Below are positions 10,827 to 20,000 of a stretch of DNA of 20,000 nt, piece by piece. Each line of letters opens with the position of its first letter. Positions within the stretch are counted from its first letter, which is position 1. The translations under genes and the position numbers were made by a program. Location of the stretch: positions 368,758 through 388,757 of the forward strand of contig JBPGPT010000015.1 in NCBI GenBank assembly GCA_051047955.1, in the 5' to 3' direction. Origin of the DNA: Cystobasidiomycetes sp. EMM_F5. Taxonomy: Eukaryota. The notes beneath the pieces were generated by a model. It did not search any database. It saw nothing but the letters and a program-made list of their open reading frames with translations, and was not told where the DNA came from.

Positions 10827-12950
10827 ATGGTTACTGCGCCAGAGAGAGCTACCAATGGAAATGGCACCTCCCACAGTGTGCCGGATTTGTCGCACCACAT
10901 CAACAGAGCCACTCGAGCTCGTCAACCCAATATGCTGAAGGTATGTAGCGGTAACAGAGACCATCAGCAAAACGAAAACCGTTATTGACGCGATGATTGA
11001 GCTCAGAAAATGTATCCATACCTTGTTGATCCAAACATGGTGTCTCTCGGCGGAGGTCTGCCCCATCCATCCACATTTCCGATTCACAAAGCTAGCTTCG
11101 AATTATCGATTCCACCGAACTTCGATGGCAGCGCTCACGACAGCGTCAAGCATAACGACACTGGCCGAAAGCAGCTTTCCACTGGCGTCAATGCCAATGG
11201 TGTCGCCAAAGGCGAGGTCAAACGCCCGGAGACGCCTGGACGGACTACAATGTCATTCTGGAAGCATCTTGGTCCTAACGGCGAGCATGCAACGATGGAC
11301 CTAGCTCACGCACAACAATACTCGCGACCTATGGGGTTCCAGCCATTGAGACAAGCTTTCCGCGACTTGACTGTACTCTTGCATCAACCGAAGTACGATG
11401 ACTTTGAGCAGATACCGACTGGCGGTAATACGGACGCAACGACCAAGATATTCAAGGCACTCCTTGAAAATAATGACACCTTGTTAGTGGAAGAACACGA
11501 ATTTGCGCCGCCTTGTACGCCATCGCATCGCTATGTTGAAGCCGTATAGCAGACTGAGATGTTTTGTGCAGGTCAAGCTGCCCTTGCGCTGGGAGCCGGC
11601 GTCAGAGGCGTTCAGCTTGACGCACAAGGCATCGTGCCCGAAGCACTGGACGAATTATTGTCGAATTGGCAAGTCGAGCATAGAGGAAAGAAGTAAGTTC
11701 AACGCAACACTCTCGCTGCGGTCTAAGGCTTAAAGCGGGAATCTTGCAGGCCGCATGTGCTCTACACAGTTCCTACGGGACAAAACCCGACTTCAGCCAC
11801 AATGACAGCTGAGCGTGCGCATGCCGTATACGAAATCGCTTGCAAGCATGACCTGGTACGTCCCACGTCCTGCTATGTCGATATATATGCTCACAAAAAG
11901 TGAACAGGTGATTGTGGAGGATGACCCGTAAGCGGTACAGTATTCTGCATATACTTTAGCTGATATTGGGAAAATGTTAAGCTACTTCTGGATTGCTCTT
12001 GGCGATTACGTTGGACCTGCTGCAGATGAGCAGGCGCCATCTCACCGTGGCAGCGATAGCATTGCGCTGGACGATGTCAGATCTCTTGAAGACTTTGTTC
12101 GCAGCATGCCGACAAGCTACCTCAGCATCGACACGGAAGGACGCGTTATACGTTGCGATTCATTCTCAAAATGCTTTGCTCGTAAGTCGGACAAGCTTCC
12201 GAACCCAAATGCCTCTGCCTGACACTCGATTCAAATTCTAGCTGGCATGAGAACCGGTTGGATGACAGGGAATCCTGTTTTCATTGAACGAATCCAGCGG
12301 ATAGCAGAGACAGACTCGCAGGAGATCAGGTATGTTTCCGGCTTCGTGCAGTTCAAACGTGACTGAGAGCCTATGACAGCGGCCTTGGCCAAGCTTTCTT
12401 CTCGCATCTTCTGTCCGAACCATCTCATAACATCACAAACGAGTCGTGGGGAATGGAGGGCTTTGCAAGGTGGATTGTCGATTTGCGCAAACAATATCGT
12501 GCCAAGAGAGATAGACTGGTCAATGGCATCGCCAGAGAATGCAAATCCGACTACATTCGATGCAAGCCTGTGGCAGCAAGCGGCATGTTCTTGTGGCTGG
12601 AAGTACGCCTGGACAACCACCCAGATTACTGCAGCAACCTGAACAATAACGATGGATCGAAGACTAATTCTGCAGAATTGATGCAGAGATGTTTCGAGTG
12701 TTGCATCGAGGAGGGCGTCCTTATCCTGCAATCTAGCATCTTTGCGACTGTCCCGCGACTGCCGTTGGCGTTCCAACCCAAAGATGCTGCAGTTTCAGCT
12801 GCTATTTTGAGACAAGAGCAGGCAGATATCCAAGACACATCAAGGTTCCTGCGAGCGTGCTTTGCCGGTAGCATGGACCAGCTCGATACAGCTGCAGCTA
12901 GAATGGGCAAAGCGCTGGAGAGGTTTTTCGGCGACGCGCGAAATGTATAG
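10827..12950 (+). CDS. PLP-dependent class I/II aminotransferase, Aro8-like (aromatic amino acid / 2-aminoadipate transaminase family)
   Basis: Motifs after splicing: MVSLGGGLPHPSTFP; PHVLYTVPTGQNPT; VIVEDDPY (20-nt exon 11908-11927); GRVIRCDSFSKCFAPGMRTGW (PLP lysine); GMFLW; FLRACFA. Seven introns inferred. Confidence 0.92.
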
Positions 12951-13085
12951 GCTCGAGCAGTAGCATATCAGCGAATAGTTGAGCGCATTAGACTAAGTCT
13001 CAGTCCGTTGCAGCAGCATTTAGAATGGCATTTGTCATTAGCATATATATCAGCAGTCAGTTCCGCATCTAGACTAGAGTAAGCC

Positions 13086-13092
13086 GCCCTAA
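13086..13092 (+). promoter_or_regulatory. Possible Tbf1/telobox-like GCCCTAA element upstream of RPL34
   Basis: GCCCTAA lies ~220 nt upstream of the RPL34 ATG. CCCTAA-core motifs are known in fungal ribosomal protein promoters, but this is a single short match. Confidence 0.25.
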
Positions 13093-13306
13093 TGAGCATT
13101 GTTGAGTAGCGAATCACGGTGTTGCAATGAGCAGACTATGCTCTTCCCAGCTTCTCGTGACTCTGACGTTTCAAATCTTTTCTTTCTCCTTTCCTCCCCC
13201 TTGGAAGACTTTGATCGAATCTGCAATTTTTCCAATTTCGGCGAGGGAGGAGACCCGTCTCCCGACCTGCGAAGATCTGGTTGCGTGCATCTCTGATACA
13301 TACACC

Positions 13307-14044
13307 ATGGCCCAACGTGTGACGATCCGGACTCGCAAGAGCTACAATACCACTTCCAACCGGAAGCGTATCGTCAAAACGCCATGTCAGTCAACATTTT
13401 AACAGCTGGGAAACGAGACAACGAGTTGGGCGGGCAGGCAGAGAGCGTAGCGCATCCTACTATGATACTGCGAATATGCCTCGAAATATGTCAATATGCC
13501 CACCTGCGACCCTCCGCAAGCCTCCGCCCGCCAGCTCGTTCCTCGACTCTCAGCGAGACACAATGATCAGCAAAATGACTGATCCATGCCGTCTTTTCCG
13601 AATCTGTGCAATACAGCTGGTCAATTACGATACCTGCACATCAAGAAGCTCGCGACTGCTCCCAAATGCGGTGACTGCGGTAGCAAGCTGCCAGGCGTGC
13701 GTTTCGCTCGACTTTCCAATATGCAGGGATCACGGCAGAAGAAACTGACCTTACATTCTTGCACAATCTTAGGTGCCAGCCGCGAGACCTCATGAATACA
13801 GCCGGATGAGCAAACGCCAAAAGACTGTTCAGCGAGCGTACGGTGGTTCAAGATGCTCTGGATGCGTTCGTGACAGGTCAGCTCAATTCACCTAGCAAGC
13901 AACCTTTCTTATATGGGATCACGACTGAAAGTTGCTGTCCATTGTTACAGAATCGTTCGTGCTTTCCTCGTCGAGGAGGCAAAGATTGTCAAGCGTGTGC
14001 TCAAGCAACAGTCTGTCACCGCTGCCAAGCCTTCCAAGAAGTAG
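13307..14044 (+). CDS. RPL34: 60S ribosomal protein L34 (eL34), 4 exons
   Basis: MAQRVTIRTRKSYNTTSNRKRIVKTPSGQLRYLHIKKLATAPKCGDCGSKLPGVPAARPHEYSRMSKRQKTVQRAYGGSRCSGCVRDRIVRAFLVEEAKIVKRVLKQQ...KK*. Intron 1 spans 13386-13616. Confidence 0.97.
13405..13554 (+). repeat. Long imperfect inverted repeat (RNA hairpin) inside RPL34 intron 1
   Basis: GCTGGGAAACGAGACAACGAGTTGGGCGGGCAGGC (13405-13439) pairs with GCCTCCGCCCGCCAGCTCGTTCCTCGACTCTCAGC (13520-13554): about 29-30 base pairs including G-U, with small bulges, by manual pairing. Confidence 0.8.
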
Positions 14045-14414
14045 AGCCGTTTACATTACGTGTTGTGTATTCGTCGCCCTGTTGGGTGCAAGTCTTTCTT
14101 CGATATCATTTTCGGCCGGCAATGCGGCCGGTGCGTTGAACACCAGCCAAATTGATCACTTGCGCCTCGAACCGCAGTTATCCGCAAAGCTGACGCTAAA
14201 GTCTTGATTACGTAGTCCACTAAACATTGTATCTCGATCATGGCTTTCTTTACGCTAGACAAGGTAACAGAGCGAGTGACAACAGAACAGTGCCAAGTAC
14301 AGACATGCTTCTAAGCTACATTGGCGGATTGCTGTACCGCTTACTTCCACGCAGAACACGTCATCCTCCTCCTCCTCACACGTTCAGCAATGCTCTTGTG
14401 GCACTACTGTACCT

Positions 14415-15933
14415 CTACTCCGATTTAGCAGGCGTTGTCGAGGAAGGCGCCGCCTCCTGAGCTGGCATCGGGACAACCTGAACATGTGTTGACGGGAACC
14501 ATCCGATCTTGCCATTCCGAAGCCTGCCTCTCCACCATCCCGGATCATGACGTTCCTCTTTTGGCGTGAGGACAGCGATGATATCATTCTTTTCAAAGTT
14601 GAGCTCGAAGTCGTCATTGCTTGCAGACGCGTATGCGTGTGTAGCTCTGACGAATGTAAGTTTGGATGGATCTAGCTGCTCTGGTTGCAGACTGCTGTGC
14701 ATTGCTTGCTGCTGCTGGATCTGCGCATATTGTGCTAGATCGACGCCAGGGGGTTGCATATGTTGCGGAAGCGGTTGGCCATCCGGGCCCATAACGGGGG
14801 GCATAAAGCCTTCGGGCAGTCCTAGCCTTCTCGCTTCCGCTTCTTGTCGTGCAGTAATAAGCTTGACCAACTTCGACATGAGCCACGGCAGTCCAACGAC
14901 GGTAAGGAAGAAGATGATCAATGGCTTCTTGGACGGTTTGGGTGTTTGGGGTGATGGAGTTTGTCCATTTCCTGGGGCGGGTGTTGTCCGTCCCGTCCGC
15001 TGGAATTCTGCAAATTCTGCTGCAGACATGCTCGCTGCTTCAGCAGCATCGGCTCCAGATGTGCTCGCATCTCCTCTGCCTAGTAAACGCTTCACCAACC
15101 GCCATAGCGCAAACACAGAAAGTACTTCTCCGAGCCAATTGCGCAGGTTTGTCAGCTGCTCTGCCACTCCTATCATCGCAAAGAAGCTCGAATGTGTCGC
15201 CATAAAGGTACTTTCGAGCATTTGAGCGAATCCACCGAATGCTGAAACTACGGATTGCAGAAGCTACGCAGGTTGCCAAACATTGAACAGGTGGTTCCAG
15301 CAGCGAAAACAGATGCAACATACCTGAAAAGTGGCCGCCGTCCCAGACTCCATTTGTCTTGTCAGGGTCATATCGTTCTGTGGTCCAAAACCCCCGAATG
15401 GTGCACCGTAACCTCCATACCCAGCTCCATATCCGCCATACCCTCCGTAGCCACTGAAGATGACAACAAGTGAGTCAGGTCTACTGTGAATGAGTGTTGT
15501 TGAGCATACCTCGCTCCAAACCTCGAATACGGACTACTGTAGGCAGAGCCGTATGTGCTACCGTAACCACCGTAGCTGCCCATTCTGTTGTTGAGATACT
15601 GCGAATGAATCAGACGTCTCAGAGAGAGCAGCATGTAGAGAGTGCTGCACTGCTCACGCTTGACGAGTTGTACGTGTTGGCCAAGGCCGTAGAGGTAGAT
15701 GGCATAGAGGCCGCAGCTGAGGTGGAGCTGCTCATTTCGGCAGGCCTGGGCGGCAGTGCCGGTGACGCTGCTGAGCCAGAAGTACTACTTGTCGCGGTCG
15801 TGGCACTGGCTGTTGGCTTCGGGACTGATGATGCCGAGCCAGACGAGCTCGTCAGTGGTGAATTGCTCCCTGTCGGTACACCGGCCTTTTCCCATGGTTT
15901 AGGTGGAGCGGGCCTGGATGCAGTAGACGACAT
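14415..15933 (-). CDS. PEX13: Peroxin 13, peroxisomal docking factor (4 exons)
   Basis: N-terminal PPKPWE; YG-rich region (GYGGYGGYGAGYGGYG); TFQLLQSVVSAFGGFAQMLESTFMATHSSFFAM; transmembrane segment KPLIIFFLTVVGLPWLMSKL; C-terminal SH3 domain (ELNFEKNDIIAVL...WWRGRLRNGKIGWFPSTHV). Confidence 0.96.
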
Positions 15934-16281
15934 TGTGGCAGTATGCGCTGTCCAAGCTGCGCGCTGCTGATGCGCCTATGCCCTTCAGTCGAATGGCAGC
16001 CAAGTCAGACACTGTTGCTGTCTGACACTTCAGGGTAATGATCGAGAATTTGGGAGGTTGGACGTTGCTTCTGCGAGGCCGTGTGCCTCAGCCTTTTGTA
16101 CTGATCCTGAGCAGCTGACCGTCAAGAGCTGCTATGCGGTCCTTCGATATGTTCCATCAATGTCCAGACCTTTTGCCCACTTGTTCGGCAAACAAGCGGT
16201 CGCCCCTATCCTCCATCTGTGGTCGCAACATTTTGTTCGGCCTGACGCTTCTTTCTTGGATATCCACCGAAAATTTCCAGT

Positions 16282-17795
16282 ATGGCCACAGCTAATGGTT
16301 CTCTGTCCAACGGTCATTCTTCTCCCGCTAATGGCTCGACTCCCGACTTGTGCCTGTTCGTTCCGTCGCCTCTACACATAGACGCTTATACCCGTGCAAA
16401 AGAACTGGGCGTCGATCTAATACTACCCGATGATCCGCGCAGGGAACGTTGGTATGAGCGTTAGTCCTTTCCTTCCATCACAACGTAATCGCTTGTGACA
16501 CATTGGCAATGCAAACAGACGCCGACGCTATCGTATGGAGGCAACATCACATTGGAGGTGACTATCACCTTGCAAGGAAGTTGAAGATTATTGCAAGAAA
16601 CGGTTGGTCACGCACACTTCTGTGCAGATTAGCAAACTTCACTGATCTAGTCCCGAATGATTCTGCAGGCACTGGGTAAGTCGCTAAGTCTGCCAGCTAC
16701 GATGACTACTATTGATTCAACCGTCCATTTCCGACTGCAGATATGATTTTGGTTCGACAGCACATATGTAAAAGCGCAACGTGCATTACGGCTAACTATT
16801 CATTCTGTCAGTTGACGTGGAGACATGCAAAAAGCTGGGCGTGGCTGTAACGAATCTTCCAGGTGGGCCTTCGTCTCGTCGTATCATCGCCTGAAATCCT
16901 AAGCCATACGTCCTTGTCGATAACAGGATTCAATGCGGAATGTGTGGCCGAGTTGACTTACTGCGTAGGAATAAAAGGAGGCCTCGCGACATCATACCTT
17001 CAATTGACCAAAGCTTTGTACAGCTGGCCATCAGCGTCGCACGACGTGTGACAGAGTTTGACAGACGGTTACGAGCTGGCGAGACGATCCCTTCAGCGCT
17101 AAACATGGGTCTCTCTCTGTATCGCAAGACAATAGGCCTCGTGGGAATGGGCGACATTGCGCGAGAAGTCGCACGCAAATTTCACTACGGATCATCTTGT
17201 CGCATCATTGTCTACTCACCCACTTCACCAACGACACGTTGGACAAAGGCCTCGACCGAGCCGAACAATATCATCATTCCGCATACGAGAGCAGCGTCAC
17301 TGGATGAGTTGTTGGAAGCAAGTGATGTAGTCTCACTGCATTGTCCGGAGATTCCAGAAACAAGAAATATGATGGGCGCGTCACAATTTGCGAAAATGAA
17401 CTCGAAAGCGATTTTCCTGAACCTAGGCCGGGGTGGATTGGTCGACGAAGAAGCGCTTTACAACGCGTGCAAGAGTCGCGTTATATTTGGTGCTGGTGAG
17501 TGGCGCGTAAGAGGATGAGACGATTTATGCTGAAACGCAAGCTTTGTTTCATCCAGGTCTTGACGTTTTCCAGAAGGAGCCTGTGAATTCCGTCAATTAC
17601 GGGGACACTCTTTTTTCGCTACCTAATATCATCGCGCAACCACACTCTGGAGCTGGCACCATCGATATCGTGCGCGATAGTACAGTGACCGCACTGGAAA
17701 CTGCAGTCAGCTATTGCCGCAGGGGAGATATCGGAGTCAGTACACTCGTCAGGGAGCTGGCGTGGGAGGATTTGTCGCGACGACCATCGTCATGA
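16282..17795 (+). CDS. D-isomer-specific 2-hydroxyacid dehydrogenase (NAD-binding), with micro-exons
   Basis: Spliced motifs: LKIIARNGTGYDFVDVETCKKLGVAVTNLPGFNAECVAELT; KTIGLVGMGDIA (Rossmann fold); SDVVSLHCP; FLNLGRGGLVDEEAL; GAGLDVFQKEP; QPHSGAGT. Catalytic R/E/H are present. Confidence 0.92.
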
Positions 17796-18076
17796 GTCAA
17801 ATAAACAATACAGCAATGACAAGTACAGTACAGTATAGAGGTTGTAGACACACATCTTTGCAATTTAGACGGAATAGAACAGTGATAATAGACCGCATGA
17901 AATCTCTGACATGAATCATATCGCCTGAGTGTAACGAATGGGATGACTGGACGCTCCAACTTGCGTTACCATTTGCTGCGCCAGTCAGTGGCGTGTTTGG
18001 CTGTGTATCCTTGTTGACTCTATCCATCCATGTCTTGACACTCTCCACTCGTACACCGTCACCCTTCTGCCACATC

Positions 18077-18818
18077 ATGTCTGATAATATCCACCACCGA
18101 ATGTACGCGTTTCTCCTCCTCATTGTCTGCTTGGCTCGATAATTTCATCGCCGAACAACGCAGCTGACTTGGCTCGATAAATGCACACAGGCAAGCGGCC
18201 AACGCGACCGCCGAAACATTCGTGACTGCCATCTATGGAGCGTGGGACAATGACAGACAGACGCTGGAACACATGTATAGACCCAACTCTCGCATCATCT
18301 GGAATGGCAATCCGATATCTGGCAGTCAGGAAATGTTGCAGCTCGTCGCAAATATGCCGGCGAGTAAACATGATGTGCGTGTATCTGATCTCTGCTGCTG
18401 CAGACGTCACATATCCAGCTAATATATCGCATTTACAGCTTCAAGCCTTTGATTGCCACCCTTTACAAGGTTAGCTGGCCTACGCATACATGATACGATA
18501 CTCAGAGCCCGCTCATCCTGTTGTTGTTGTTGACATTTGTTTCTCATCTGCACAGGCTCAACAGAGACCGGTCAACCATCCATCAGCATCAACGTGTCTG
18601 GCACTGTTCAATTTTACAATGTCGAAGAGGGTGCTCCAGCTCCGCCGCCTGCACGGATACCGGGTCAAAGGCCAAGAAGAGACCAGTCAAATAAAGAAGA
18701 CGATCCAGACCTTATGCCGCGGCTATTCAACCACGTCTTCATTATTGCCCCAGATAGGTCTCCGCAGGGTTCAATCATGTATGCCATACAGAGCGAGACA
18801 TTCCGATTCGTTGGCTAG
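18077..18818 (+). CDS. NXT1: NTF2-related export protein Nxt1/p15 (4 exons)
   Basis: MSDNIHHRMQAANATAETFVTAIYGAWDNDRQTLEHMYRPNSRIIWNGNPISG...MPASKHDLQAFDCHPL...ISINVSGTVQF...PRLFNHVFII...YAIQSETFRFVG*. WNGN, DCHP and the terminal FRFV are typical of Nxt1. Confidence 0.85.
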
Positions 18819-19103
18819 CGCACCATATTGGCTGGAGATAGTAGTGCAGGTCTCTGTACAAGCAGAAGTTCATAAATGAACGTAATGGGTATCGTAGGCG
18901 ATTTTGTAACATAGACGGCACAAGTTTTGCACGCAGCATCTAGGGCAGGCTCTACAGAAGGCAGGAGTCCCAGTCGTCCGTCAAGTGTCAGTGCCACAGT
19001 CGCGCATGCGCTTTCCTGTCTCCGAGACGCGCCTCGAGATGGCTGATAACTTGTCGAGAATAATGCTGTGAACAAGACAAGTTTGTCAGCATCGTCTCTA
19101 CAC

Positions 19104-19411
19104 ATGCTTCTTCGCGTTGGGAGGAGGGTAACGTAACGAGTCAGATTGCAAACTAATTATCCATATACAATTCATTCGGCAGCCTCGCCAGGACGCACAC
19201 CCGTTGTCAACGTCTCATCCATCACCACCCTGAGGAGGAGCGAGCACTCAATACATCCGTGTCAGGTGGTTTCAGAAATGACATCCAGCCCAAGACACTT
19301 CAGCTTCAGAAGCATGCTCGGGCAGGGGGAGGCGACAAGACAGATCAGCGGGAGGCGTCCCGACGAGCTCCTGGAGAATCCTCCGACTCGGTGTCACAAC
19401 AGTCAGTATAG
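19104..19411 (+). CDS. Candidate 85-aa two-exon hypothetical protein with mitochondrial-presequence-like N-terminus
   Basis: ATG at 19104 in CACATG context. Intron 19133-19182 (GTAACG...CTAAT...GCAG) joins the ATG to a frame open until TAG at 19409-19411. No homology recognised. Confidence 0.4.
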
Positions 19412-19843
19412 ACGCCCAAGATCAGAGCAGCTCCAGGCAACAATGTATAAACAATTGTCGGCCGTGCGGTTATCTGGCATTGTCTTCATGTAAATCTTCG
19501 CAGTCTTGGGCAGACCGGAGTACAGGGGCAGAGGGAAAGAGCTTGCTCACTTCAGAGCCTCGCCAGTACATGATTGCATGTGTGAGACTTGACATTGCTG
19601 CGCCAACCTGCAGTCCTTGTCGGCCATGGAAACCTCGATCACTCTCATGCTGGACTGGATTTCGCCACCATGAATATTACGCCACCATGTTTTGTTGTTT
19701 ATTCTCGCAAGGCGATCATGTCCGCAAGCTACTTAAATGTAGGCTCGGGTCCGCTCTCTCTTTTCTTCTCTTTCCCCAACCACATCTGCTTCGGCACTGA
19801 TCACACTCCCGCACTCAATCACCCACTCTCAAACTAATCAAAC

Positions 19844-20000
<157 letters not shown>

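Noticed and set aside
7760..17810. Stop-codon readthrough producing cryptic PTS1 signals on the AKRs, aminotransferase or dehydrogenase
   Set aside because: None has the TGA-CTA readthrough context. The short in-frame extensions read (e.g. LMNETP*, TVF*, VK*) do not end in SKL-like tripeptides.
18820..19843. Expected divergent histone H3 partner upstream of H4
   Set aside because: No MARTKQTAR-coding sequence was found on the minus strand. Unpaired H4 copies are common in fungi, so this is not remarkable.

Overview
Gene-dense, intron-rich fungal genomic DNA, most likely a basidiomycete: short ~50-120 nt GT-AG introns, degenerate donors, CTRAY-like branch points and micro-exons. Because of splicing, the six-frame ORF track only captures gene fragments, so the gene models below were rebuilt by hand. 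In order: PIG3-like NADPH:quinone oxidoreductase (-), DM9-repeat protein (-), Glo3/ArfGAP2/3-type ArfGAP (+), F-box protein with RPEL-like motifs (+), two tandem intact aldo-keto reductases (-), a divergently transcribed Aro8-like PLP aminotransferase (+), RPL34 (+), PEX13 (-), D-2-hydroxyacid dehydrogenase (+), NXT1/p15 (+), a candidate 85-aa spliced ORF (+) and the 5' end of histone H4 (+). No mobile elements, CRISPR arrays or tRNA/rRNA genes were seen. The most notable observations are a long hairpin in RPL34 intron 1, the F-box+RPEL architecture, a hidden small ORF with a mitochondrial-presequence-like N-terminus, an intron present in only one AKR paralog, and a possible amino-acid catabolism grouping. 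All functional calls come from motif recognition; no database searches were run.
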